Shown: one piece after another, positions 1-8,098 of the stretch
Numbering within the stretch: position 1 is the stretch's first letter
Layout of the letters: each line of letters begins with the position of its first letter
From: Syntrophothermus sp.
Lineage (GTDB): Bacteria > Bacillota > UBA5301 > JAMCQP01
Assembly: GCA_050260975.1 (NCBI GenBank)
Contig: JBLNCV010000162.1
Location: forward strand, 1 to 40,518
Reading direction: 5' to 3'
DNA: 40,518 nt
Program-made: the position numbers and the translations under genes
Notes under the pieces: model-generated
Databases searched by the model: none
What the model saw: only the letters and a program-made list of their open reading frames with translations
Told to the model about the DNA's origin: nothing

Positions 1-698
1 TTGATCTCCGCGATCTTGGCCGCCACCAGAGCCACGTTGGCCGGTTCGTTGCGCTTGCCACGGTACGGCTCAGGAGTCAGATAGGGGCAATCCGTCTCCA
101 CAAGCAGGCGCTCCAGGGGTAACTCCTCCGCTATTTGCAACAGGCGGTGGGCATTCTTGAAGGTAACCGGGCCGGCCAGGGAGAGAAAAAAACCCATCTC
201 AAGGCACTCCCTGGCCATCTCCAGACTTCCCGAAAAGCAATGCAGCACCCCACGGTATTGCCCCCACCGCCGGGACCTGAGGATATCCAGAATCTCCCCA
301 TGGGCCTCCCGGTCGTGAATAATTACCGGCAATCCGAGTTCACGCGCCAGTTCGAGTTGCTCCCCAAATACCTCTCTCTGACGATCCCGCGGGGATAGAT
401 TGTAATGAAAGTCCAGCCCCATCTCTCCCAGAGCTACTACCCGCGGGTTTTTGGCCAACCCGGCAAGCTGGCCCAGGTAATCTTCTGGGACATTGGAGGC
501 ATCGTGGGGATGTACGCCAACCGCCGCGTAGACCTCTCCTCTTTGCCCCGCCAGAGCGGCCGCCCTCTTCGAGGACTCAAGGTCAAACCCCACATCCACG
601 ATGGCCGCAAGGCCTGCTTGGGTCGCCCGGGCGATTACTTCATCACGATCCGTGCCAAAAGCCTCGTCGCAAAGATGGGCATGTGAATCCACCAGCAC
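1..698 (-). CDS. tatD: TatD-family hydrolase/DNase (YabD), 3' end runs off the window
   Basis: Not in the ORF track. Manual translation from GTG at 698 gives MLVDSHAHLCDEAF..., with AVGVHPHD, GEMGLDFHY, IIHDREAH, LHCFSG and LLVETDCPYLTPEP motifs. Follows metG as in B. subtilis metS-yabD. An alternative in-frame GTG lies at 707. Confidence 0.93.
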   Translation of the reverse strand, partial: MLVDSHAHLCDEAFGTDRDEVIARATQAGLAAIVDVGFDLESSKRAAALAGQRGEVYAAVGVHPHDASNVPEDYLGQLAGLAKNPRVVALGEMGLDFHYNLSPRDRQREVFGEQLELARELGLPVIIHDREAHGEILDILRSRRWGQYRGVLHCFSGSLEMARECLEMGFFLSLAGPVTFKNAHRLLQIAEELPLERLLVETDCPYLTPEPYRGKRNEPANVALVAAKIAEI

Positions 699-731
699 CT
701 GTTTCACCTTTACTCCATTTTTATTGCGCGC

Positions 732-2756
732 TTATTTCACTTTGCTCCCGGAAGGAATCACGCTCTCCGGCGCCACAATCGCCAGTCTTTCCTTATCGGA
801 AGTGGAAGCCGCCAGAATCATTCCCTGGGAAGTAATACCTTTCAATTTCGCTGGTTTCAAGTTGGCCACCAGGACCACTTGTTTTCCCACCAGGGTCTCC
901 GGGCGGTAGTATTGGGCGATACCAGCCACCACCTGCCTGGTCTCCGCGCCCAAATCCACCTCCAGTTTGAGGAGTTTGTCCGCCCCCTCCACCTTGTCGG
1001 CGGAAAGGACCGTTGCCACCCTGAGGTCCAGTTTGGCAAACTCGTCGATACTAATCAACCCTTCCGGAACTGTCGTGGCGCGGTTTTCAAAGGGTGTCGC
1101 CTCCGGTGCTCGCGCCGGCGAGCCTGCCGCCAGCCCTTTTTTTGATTCAGAATAGGGTTTGGCCTTGCCTCCGGCGGTTTTTGCTGCTTCTGCCTCTTTC
1201 TCTCCACCTTCTCCTGCCTCGATCTCGATGCGCGGGAAGAGCGGCGGCTCCCTGCGCACTGCGTGACCGGCCGGGTAGAGCCCCCACCGGCATTCGGCCA
1301 GGGATCGTGCCTCGGGCGACCCTTCCAGGCCGAGTTGCTGCCAGATCCGGGTAGCTGTGGCAGGCATGAAGGCAAAGATCTCCAGAGCCACAATCCGCAG
1401 TACCTCGGCCAGGTTGTAAAGCACCGTGTGCAGTTGCGCTTTTGTCGCCTCGTTCTTGGCCAGATTCCACGGCGCCGTCTCGTCAATGTACTTGTTCGCC
1501 CGTCCGATCAGCCGCCAGATTGCCGCAAGCGCGTCGTTGATCCCCAGCCCGCGCATGTCCGTATCCACCTTGGCGACGGTCTGCTCCGCAAGCTGGATCA
1601 ACTCCCGATCCAGATCTGAAGGAGAGGCGGGCTCGGGCACCCGGCCACCGGAAAACTTCTCCAGCATCGCCGAGGTCCGGTAGAGCAGGTTGCCCAGGTC
1701 GTTGGCCAGGTCCGAATTGATCCGCTGGATAAGGGCCCCCCGGGAAAAGTTCCCGTCGGCGCCGAAAGATATCTCCCGCAACAGGAAGTAGCGAAGGGCA
1801 TCCGCCCCGAATTCCTCGATGAGCGCTACTGGATCCACTACATTTCCCTTGGACTTGGACATCTTCTCGCCCTCCAGCACCAACCAGCCGTGGCCGAAGA
1901 CGGTCTTGGGCAGCGGCAATCCGGCGGCCATGAGCATGATTGGCCAGATGATGGTGTGGAAGCGGACGATCTCCTTCCCCACGAGGTGCAAGTCCGCCGG
2001 CCAGAACCTGGAAAACTTGGCTTCATCTTCCAACCAGCCGGCGCCGGTCAGGTAGTTGCTCAGGGCGTCGAACCACACGTAGATCACGTGCTTGGAGTCT
2101 ATTGGCACCGGAATACCCCAGTCAAAGGTAGTCCGGGAGATGCACAGATCCTCCAGCCCCTGCTCGATGAACTTGATCATCTCGTTGCGTCGAGAGACGG
2201 GCAGGATAAACTCCGGGTGGGAATTGATATGTTCCAGCAACCGGTCCTGGTACTTGGAAAGGCGGAAGAAATAGCTCTCCTCCCGGAGCAGTTCCACCGG
2301 CCTTTTGCAATCCGGATTCGGGCACTTGCCGTCCACCAGCTGGCGCTCCAGCCAGAAGGTCTCGCAGGGCGTGCAATACCAGCCCTCGTATTCATCCTTG
2401 TAGATGTCGCCGTTTTCGTAGATCCTCTTGAAGATCTCCTGAACCACCCTGTGGTGCCGCAGTTGAGTAGTACGCACAAAATCGTCGTAAGAGATATCCA
2501 GCTTCCGCCAGAGATCCTGAAAAGCGGCGACGATCCTATCCACATACTCCTTGGGTTTCACCCCCTGCTCGGCCGCCTTGCGCTGGATCTTCTGCCCGTG
2601 TTCATCGGTGCCGGTCAAAAATAGCACATCTTCGCCAGCCAGCCGGTGGTAGCGGGCCAATGTATCGGCAATGATAATGTTATAAGCATGCCCGATGTGC
2701 GGCCGGTCATTGGGATAATAGATCGGCGTCGTGATGTAAAAGGTCTCCCTCTCCAC
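732..2756 (-). CDS. metG: Methionyl-tRNA synthetase with C-terminal tRNA-binding (Trbp111-like) domain
   Basis: FYITTPIYY start, HIGH and KMSKS motifs, Zn knuckle CTPC...CPNPDC, C-terminal IDEFAKLDLRVA...NLKPAKLKG...SQGMILAA. GGAGGAG RBS upstream. Confidence 0.98.
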   Translation of the reverse strand: MERETFYITTPIYYPNDRPHIGHAYNIIIADTLARYHRLAGEDVLFLTGTDEHGQKIQRKAAEQGVKPKEYVDRIVAAFQDLWRKLDISYDDFVRTTQLRHHRVVQEIFKRIYENGDIYKDEYEGWYCTPCETFWLERQLVDGKCPNPDCKRPVELLREESYFFRLSKYQDRLLEHINSHPEFILPVSRRNEMIKFIEQGLEDLCISRTTFDWGIPVPIDSKHVIYVWFDALSNYLTGAGWLEDEAKFSRFWPADLHLVGKEIVRFHTIIWPIMLMAAGLPLPKTVFGHGWLVLEGEKMSKSKGNVVDPVALIEEFGADALRYFLLREISFGADGNFSRGALIQRINSDLANDLGNLLYRTSAMLEKFSGGRVPEPASPSDLDRELIQLAEQTVAKVDTDMRGLGINDALAAIWRLIGRANKYIDETAPWNLAKNEATKAQLHTVLYNLAEVLRIVALEIFAFMPATATRIWQQLGLEGSPEARSLAECRWGLYPAGHAVRREPPLFPRIEIEAGEGGEKEAEAAKTAGGKAKPYSESKKGLAAGSPARAPEATPFENRATTVPEGLISIDEFAKLDLRVATVLSADKVEGADKLLKLEVDLGAETRQVVAGIAQYYRPETLVGKQVVLVANLKPAKLKGITSQGMILAASTSDKERLAIVAPESVIPSGSKVK

Positions 2757-2782
2757 TTTGGATCTCCTCCTGCCTCATATCT

Positions 2783-3105
2783 GATTCCACTGCCAAAAGT
2801 CTCCCTCCTGCTCCAGAAGCTCTTCGCCGACCAAAGCTTCGCTCGCTCTTCGGTCGAAATTGACCTTCCCAACCACACGTCGTCCATGACGTGAGGCTGG
2901 CATTCCACAGGATTTCGAGGTGCCGCGAAGCCCATGGAGGGGCGAGAGTGGCCTCCGCGCATCGTGCGCTCCGAGTCACAATTGACAGGAGGTCAAGGCA
3001 CCGCGGAGCCCAGGACGGGCGGGAGCGGTGATTTCTCTCTCGAGCTCTCTTGCTTTGGTATCGGCTCGAGCTAGTCGCCGTCGGGACGACTTTTGCAGTG
3101 GAATC
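2783..3105. mobile_element. Non-autonomous MITE-like element (323 bp) in the metG leader
   Basis: Left end GATTCCACTGCCAAAAGTC (2783-2801) and right end GACTTTTGCAGTGGAATC (3088-3105) are inverted repeats with a 1-nt indel. ATATCT is directly repeated on both flanks (2777-2782, 3106-3111). No transposase ORF; the interior is hairpin-rich. Confidence 0.75.
2905..3030 (-). repeat. Two copies (2905-2952, 2982-3030) of a ~50-bp REP-like unit inside the MITE
   Basis: Reverse complements read gccactctcgcccctccatgggcttcgcggcacctcgaaatcctgtgg and caccgctcccgcccgtcctgggctccgcggtgccttgacctcctgtcaa; they resemble each other and 3219-3267 and 28433-28483. Confidence 0.7.
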
Positions 3106-3113
3106 ATATCTTG

Positions 3114-3158
3114 AATATAAAAGCCTCCCGCTCCGACACAAAGTCGGGGGCGAGAGGC
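3114..3158 (-). terminator. T-box attenuator intrinsic terminator
   Basis: GCCTCTCGCCCCCGAC-TTTGT-GTCGGAGCGGGAGGC followed by TTTTATATT on the minus strand. Confidence 0.9.
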
Positions 3159-3218
3159 ATCCTTCGCGGTACCACCCCGGTTTACCGCCATCTTCATGGC
3201 AGCCTTTCAGGTTCGTTC

Positions 3219-3267
3219 GCCGCTCCCATCCCTCCTGGTCTCCGCGGCACCTCGACATCCGTGTCGA
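3219..3267 (+). repeat. REP-like unit inside the T-box variable region
   Basis: gccgctcccatccctcctggtctccgcggcacctcgacatccgtgtcga; same family as the MITE-internal units, opposite orientation. Confidence 0.65.
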
Positions 3268-3519
3268 ATGCACCCCGGCGCAGTAACGGGCGCCTCCCCT
3301 TGGCCAGGGGCCCGGCACAGCCTACTTGGCTTCCGGTATAAGCCGGGATCCTCCGGATACCCCAGAATGCCTTTCAACCGGCAGCTTGGGGGCCATCTTC
3401 CATCCATGCGCCAATACCGGCTTGCACCAGACCCGGCTCTCTGCTCCTGGCGGATTGGATGTACTCTTCCCCGTCATCGCCTTTTAACTACAGCCATTAA
3501 TGTGAACGATTTTGCCAAA

Positions 3520-3548
3520 AGTATACCAGAGGTCTCCGCAAAAGTCAA
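3520..3548 (-). promoter_or_regulatory. SigA promoter for the T-box/metG transcript
   Basis: TTGACT (3548-3543), 17 nt, TATACT (3525-3520), with TG extended -10, directly upstream of stem I. Confidence 0.85.
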
Positions 3549-3614
3549 GGCTCCGCAGGCATAAAGCCGCCATAAACGCAAGATTGGCCTGGAGCAGGCG
3601 TATTAAGGAACTTC

Positions 3615-3642
3615 TTGACTTTACTTGGAAATTTAGTATAAT
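3615..3642 (+). promoter_or_regulatory. SigA promoter for abrB
   Basis: TTGACT (3615-3620), 16 nt, TATAAT (3637-3642). Confidence 0.7.
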
Positions 3643-3699
3643 TCTTCTTGGAAGTCTGCTAGAAATTGGGTTTCCAACCTCGGAGGAAAGGAGAGGAAA

Positions 3700-3951
3700 A
3701 TGATGATGAAATCAACAGGCATCGTCAGAAAGGTGGACGACCTGGGGCGTATTGTCATCCCGATCGAACTGCGCCGGAACCTTCAGATCGATGAAAAAGA
3801 CGCCCTGGAGATCTACGTGGACGGCGAGAAGATTATCCTGAAGAAATATGAGCCCGCCTGTGTGTTTTGTGGCAACGCCGAAGGCATCCGCAGCTTTAAA
3901 GAGAAGAATATCTGCCGGGACTGCCTGGAGGCCATGCGCGGCGTCTTATAG
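3700..3951 (+). CDS. abrB: AbrB transition-state regulator
   Basis: MKSTGIVRKVDDLGRIVIPIELRR signature, C-terminal CVFC...CRDC, divergent from metG as in B. subtilis. Confidence 0.96.
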   Translation: MMMKSTGIVRKVDDLGRIVIPIELRRNLQIDEKDALEIYVDGEKIILKKYEPACVFCGNAEGIRSFKEKNICRDCLEAMRGVL

Positions 3952-4006
3952 GAATGGAGGAAAGGGCGGCGAAAGAGTCTTCTTTGCAAAGAGAGGTCTC
4001 CTTGCT

Positions 4007-4918
4007 TTAAACGCCTCTGACAGATCCTTGGCTTCTTCGATTCCCGCCTTCAATCGCCGCCTGGTACACCTGGTTCTTCGGCAACCCCCTCAGCCTGGCC
4101 ACCTCTTTGACGGCTTCCTTGCGGGAGCTACCTTTGGCGACAAGATCTGCCACATGTTCTTCCACTGTCAAATGCTCCCAATCCTTATCCCGACTACCCC
4201 CGCTATCCCTGCCATCTTGGCCATCCTGGCCTTCCCGGCTTTCCTTCCCGGCGACCACCAGGCAGAATTCCCCCCGGGGTGGAGCCTTGTGGAAACGCGC
4301 CAGCGCTTCCCCGGCGGTTCCCCGAAAGACCTCCTCGTATTGTTTGGTGAGTTCCCTGGCGACCGCCAGTGGGCGTGCGCCAAAGATCTCCTGCAGGTCC
4401 GCGAGCGTGGCCAACAGCCGGTGGGGAGCCTCGTAAAAGATCATGGTTCTGGCCTCGCCCACCAGGCTTTGCAGCGTCTCCTGGCGTTTCTTCTTTCCCC
4501 GGGGCAAAAACCCCTCAAAGACAAAGCGCCCGGCCGGCAGTCCGGAAACTACCAGAGCCGTCAGGGCCGCACTCGGGCCTGGGAGGGGAACCACCGGCAC
4601 CCGCGCCCCTATAGCGGCCTGGATCAACTCCAGGCCCGGATCGGAGATCCCGGGCGTGCCGGCGTCGGAGACCAGGGCGATCGCGCGGCCTCCCTGCAAT
4701 AACGCCAGGAGCTCCGGGGTCTTTTGGATCTTGTTGTGCTCGTGGAAACTGGTCAAAGGCGTGGAAATGGAATAGTGATTCAAAAGCTTTCTGGTATGGC
4801 GGGTATCCTCGGCGGCTACCAGATCCACCTCCTTGAGGATGCGCAGCACTCGCAAGGTGATATCCTCCAGGTTGCCTATGGGGGTAGCACACACGTAAAG
4901 TACGCCACTCACGTTCAT
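4007..4918 (-). CDS. rsmI: 16S rRNA C1402 2'-O-methyltransferase RsmI (YabC)
   Basis: LYVCATPIGNLEDIT, AAEDTRHT, LVSDAGTPGISDPG, FYEAPHRL, ARELTKQYEE. Confidence 0.97.
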   Translation of the reverse strand: MNVSGVLYVCATPIGNLEDITLRVLRILKEVDLVAAEDTRHTRKLLNHYSISTPLTSFHEHNKIQKTPELLALLQGGRAIALVSDAGTPGISDPGLELIQAAIGARVPVVPLPGPSAALTALVVSGLPAGRFVFEGFLPRGKKKRQETLQSLVGEARTMIFYEAPHRLLATLADLQEIFGARPLAVARELTKQYEEVFRGTAGEALARFHKAPPRGEFCLVVAGKESREGQDGQDGRDSGGSRDKDWEHLTVEEHVADLVAKGSSRKEAVKEVARLRGLPKNQVYQAAIEGGNRRSQGSVRGV

Positions 4919-5184
4919 TCCCCCGCTCTGGTTTGCGCAAAGGCCGCCACCAGCCTGGCTTTTTCCGCCCGATCCCGCTTTTGCAGCGCTTTCTCCCGGC
5001 GCTGCGCTTCGCTTCTCGAGGAAAACTCCTCCCAGTAGACCAGCACCACAGGACGCCGGCCGCGGGTGTACTTGGCGCCCTTACCAGCGTTGTGCTGGGC
5101 GACCCTTTTGGCGAGATCCACTGCATAACCGGCATAAAAGGTGCCGTCCCGGCAGCGGACGATATACACGTAGTGTTTCCCCAT
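4915..5184 (-). CDS. yazA: GIY-YIG nuclease family protein (YazA/UPF0213)
   Basis: HYVYIVRCRDGTFYAGY...RVAQHNAGKGAKYTRGRRPV; overlaps the rsmI start as in B. subtilis yazA-yabC. Confidence 0.92.
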   Translation of the reverse strand: MGKHYVYIVRCRDGTFYAGYAVDLAKRVAQHNAGKGAKYTRGRRPVVLVYWEEFSSRSEAQRREKALQKRDRAEKARLVAAFAQTRAGE

Positions 5185-5297
5185 GGCTTTGTCCCATCCG
5201 GCCCCATCCGACTTGAGGTATAATAATCATCCGCTCCGCAAAAACTCCGATTGGAACAGAACAGGTTAAAAAGGAAACGACCCCCAAAGGAGCAGTT

Positions 5298-6938
5298 ATG
5301 AACCTTCTCCAACTGATCAGACCGTTGGCCGGCGAGGGCCTCTTACATGAGAGTGCGGCAGCAGGCCGCACTCGTGACTGGTCCCGGATCCACATCACCC
5401 ATGTCACGGGAGATGCCGCAGATGTCATCCCCGGCAGCGTCTTTGTGGCCACAAACCCACGTCACCGCCAGATCCGGCAGGCGCTGGCCCGAGGAGCTTC
5501 GGCACTGGTGGGAGACCCCCGACAGGCTTTTGGAAACCTTTTGCCCGCGGTAGAAGCAGCTAAACCAGCAATCGTCCATGTGCGGGACGTTGGGCGTTCC
5601 CTGGCCCTCCTGGAACGCAGCTTTTACGGCCGACCTTCCGACCAGATGGAGGTAGTCGGGATCACCGGCACCAACGGCAAAACCATGACTACCTTCATGA
5701 TCAACGCAATCCTCGAAGAATGCGGGAAAAAGACCGGGTTCCTCAGCTCCGTCTCAAACAAGATCGGCCGGATAGCCATTCCTGCTTACGGCGCGGCGGA
5801 ACCAGCCGCCCCGCAACCCGCTCTCCGGGCCATGAAAGAACGCGGGACTGAGATCGCCGTCGTCGAATTCTCCTCTCAAAGCCTGGCGCAAGGAACCGGC
5901 AGCGGCTTATCCCTGGATATTGCCATTCTCACCAATATCGCCGTGGAGCATTTGGCCTTCCACCGCAACCTGGAGAACTATTTGCTGGCCAAGGCCCGTC
6001 TTTTTACGGCCCTTAAACCCGCCGGGGTTATCTTATATAACGCAGACGATCCAGTGGCGACCCGCCTGTCCAGCCATGCCTCGGCCAACCCGGCAAGCCA
6101 GCCCGGCCCGAACTTGAGCCGGGCAATCTCTTTCGGGATCGAGCAAGACGCACATCTTCAGGCGTTGGACATCCAAAGCTCCTGCCATGGCTCCCTCTTT
6201 CGCATCCGAACTGCCCCGGGACTCTTCGCTCTGGATGGATCTCTGATTCCTGCTCAGGAATTGGCGGTACGTTTGAAAATTCCCGGTCGGCATCAAATCT
6301 ACAATGCCCTGGCCGCTTCTGCCACCGGTCTCTTGCTTGGCCTTCCCGCCGCCGGGATTGCCAGGGCGCTTGAAAAATTCCCCGGCGTAAAACGCCGTTT
6401 CGAGCTAATCTTTGACGGTAGTTTCCGGGTCATCGACGATTGCGCCAAGAACCCTGGCAGCATCCAGGTATCACTGATGGAAAGCAGCAGGCTGGCCAGG
6501 CGGCTGGTGGTTGTTCACGCCCTGTCCGCCAACGAGGGGGTAAAAGCAAGCCAGAGGAATTCCCGGGCCTTTGCGGCTCTGGCCCCTCTCTTGCCGCTCC
6601 ACCGGTTAATCATCTGCGGCCGGGTAGCTGGCAGGGAAAAGGACGTTTTTATGGCGGAACTGGCCGAAAGGGGGGTTAATGCGTCATTTTTCGACGAACT
6701 GCCCGACGCCCTCTCCCTGGCAATCGCCGAAGCCGGTGAAGGCGATTTGCTTCTATTCACCGGCGGTCAAGGTATGGATGGCGGAGCCAAAATTTTCGCC
6801 GAAAAACTGGCGGTCAACCCCCAACTGTCTTACGAGGAGCCTTTTGAAGAATTCGATTCCGGGCCGCTGACCTTGCCCCTGGCGGCCGGCCTCCCACCCG
6901 CGCCGTTTGTGCCGTTGGATCCCCTGGCGGGACCGTGA
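5298..6938 (+). CDS. Mur-ligase family protein (divergent MurE-like paralogue)
   Basis: P-loop GITGTNGKT, VVEFSSQ, LTNIAVEHLAFH, NADDP, GRHQIYNALAA, GVKRRFE, IDDCAKNPGS. AAGGAG RBS. Confidence 0.85.
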   Translation: MNLLQLIRPLAGEGLLHESAAAGRTRDWSRIHITHVTGDAADVIPGSVFVATNPRHRQIRQALARGASALVGDPRQAFGNLLPAVEAAKPAIVHVRDVGRSLALLERSFYGRPSDQMEVVGITGTNGKTMTTFMINAILEECGKKTGFLSSVSNKIGRIAIPAYGAAEPAAPQPALRAMKERGTEIAVVEFSSQSLAQGTGSGLSLDIAILTNIAVEHLAFHRNLENYLLAKARLFTALKPAGVILYNADDPVATRLSSHASANPASQPGPNLSRAISFGIEQDAHLQALDIQSSCHGSLFRIRTAPGLFALDGSLIPAQELAVRLKIPGRHQIYNALAASATGLLLGLPAAGIARALEKFPGVKRRFELIFDGSFRVIDDCAKNPGSIQVSLMESSRLARRLVVVHALSANEGVKASQRNSRAFAALAPLLPLHRLIICGRVAGREKDVFMAELAERGVNASFFDELPDALSLAIAEAGEGDLLLFTGGQGMDGGAKIFAEKLAVNPQLSYEEPFEEFDSGPLTLPLAAGLPPAPFVPLDPLAGP

Positions 6939-8098
6939 TCCCTGCCATGTCCCTGGCCGTGCCCTTGATGATGGGGTTGGCTCTGGGAGCCCTGCTTGGG
7001 ACCGTGAGGACCTTGAGCGCTCTGGGGATTCTGGGCATGATGCCCGCCCACGCGCGACGGCTGCCTGCCTTGCAGGGGCATGGGGCGCTTCTTGTGGCGC
7101 TGCTTTCTCCCTGCCGGGCGAGCCCCGTTGACTTGCTGATTTCCATTATTGTGGTTTGACCCGTTGCGATGTTGATTGTCCCGGTTTCTTTCGGTTCGGG
7201 GCCGGGGCTGGTTCCACACCGGCGAAGAGCGGGGGCTCGGAGCTGCATCAGGCATATCCGCACCTGGAAGCAAGAGCTTCGGCTCTTCCTTCGGCGTATG
7301 CCGCTCCATCCTCTCCATCTCTTCCAGCTTTTCCAGTTCCTCAAGTTCTTCCGGCGCCACAACCTCCCCAAAAGAGGTTGCCGGGGGCGGGGCTCCGGCC
7401 TCCGCAGCGTCGCAGGCATCGCAGGCCCCACAGGCCGGGCTGGCAACTTCGCTCTTCTCGTCCCTGTCGTAGCTTTCAAACTTCAAACAGCACATCAGGC
7501 GCCCACAAATCCCGGAAATTTTGGTGGGGTTCAAAGACAGGTTTTGTTCCTTGGCCATGCGTATGGAAACCGGTTCAAAATCCCCCAAAAAGGTCCGGCA
7601 GCACAGGGAGCGCCCACATGGACCCAGGCCTCCCAGCATCTTGGCCTCATCGCGCACCCCGATCTGGCGCAGTTCAATACGGGTCCTGAAGACTCCCGCC
7701 AGGTCTTTCACCAACTCCCGAAAGTCCACCCTTCCTTCCGCGGTGAAATAAAAGATGATCTTGTTATTGTCAAAAGTGTATTCCACATCCACAAGCTTCA
7801 TCGGCAGCCCGTGCGCCGCGATCTTTTGCTGGCAGATCCCGAAGGCCTTTTCTTCCTTCTTTTCGTTTTCGGAAAGCTGCACCTTGTCCGCTTCGGTGGC
7901 CTTGCGAATCACCTGCTTGAGGGGGGCGACGATCTCCTCATCCGGAACCATCTTGGGCGCCACCACTACATCGCCGTACTCCACGCCACGGGCTGTTTCG
8001 ACGATCGCCGCGTCACCCGCCGCAAGGTCGATCTCTCCGGGATCAAAATAATAGACCTTGCCCGCCTTTTTAAAACGAATCCCGACAACTTTATACAT
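6830..8098 (-). CDS. ricT: PSP1-domain protein RicT/YaaT with a long low-complexity C-terminal extension
   Basis: MYKVVGIRFKKAGKVYYFDP, RVDFRELVKDLA, IELRQIGVRDEAK, CGRSLCC, CGRLMCCLKFE. Start moved to ATG 8098 (GAGGAG RBS). Follows holB. Confidence 0.93.
   Translation of the reverse strand: MYKVVGIRFKKAGKVYYFDPGEIDLAAGDAAIVETARGVEYGDVVVAPKMVPDEEIVAPLKQVIRKATEADKVQLSENEKKEEKAFGICQQKIAAHGLPMKLVDVEYTFDNNKIIFYFTAEGRVDFRELVKDLAGVFRTRIELRQIGVRDEAKMLGGLGPCGRSLCCRTFLGDFEPVSIRMAKEQNLSLNPTKISGICGRLMCCLKFESYDRDEKSEVASPACGACDACDAAEAGAPPPATSFGEVVAPEELEELEKLEEMERMERHTPKEEPKLLLPGADMPDAAPSPRSSPVWNQPRPRTERNRDNQHRNGSNHNNGNQQVNGARPAGRKQRHKKRPMPLQGRQPSRVGGHHAQNPQSAQGPHGPKQGSQSQPHHQGHGQGHGRDHGPARGSNGTNGAGGRPAARGKVSGPESNSSKGSS

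Larger units (their letters stand above)
3114..3490 (-). ncRNA. T-box riboswitch (Met specifier) controlling metG
   Basis: Minus strand: stem I opening GCGATGACGGGGAAGAGTA, AGAGAG bulge, GGTGCAAG loop, specifier GAAG-ATG-GCC (ATG at 3396-3394), T-box AAACCGGGGTGGTACCGCG (3183-3165), then a terminator. Confidence 0.95.

Noticed and set aside
2982-3010. TTGACA inside the MITE as an outward antisense promoter
   Set aside because: No -10 element at 16-18 bp spacing.
3262-3268. TGTCGAA Spo0A box in the T-box
   Set aside because: It is part of the repeat-unit hairpin and far from either promoter; likely coincidental.
2783-3270. Repeated ~50-bp units considered as a CRISPR array
   Set aside because: Copies are degenerate, in mixed orientation and irregularly spaced, and no cas genes are present.
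2615-3564. Several 66-203 aa ORFs across the metG leader, considered as leader peptides or a transposase remnant
   Set aside because: The region is explained by the T-box and MITE; no DDE/HUH motifs or convincing RBS.
3974-4000. Palindrome TCTTTGCAAAGA between convergent abrB and rsmI
   Set aside because: Possibly a weak bidirectional terminator, but the stem is AT-rich and lacks a clear U-tract, so it was not called.
4190-4250. GQDGQDGRDSGG micro-repeat in RsmI
   Set aside because: A short slippage expansion in a variable linker, with no evidence of function.
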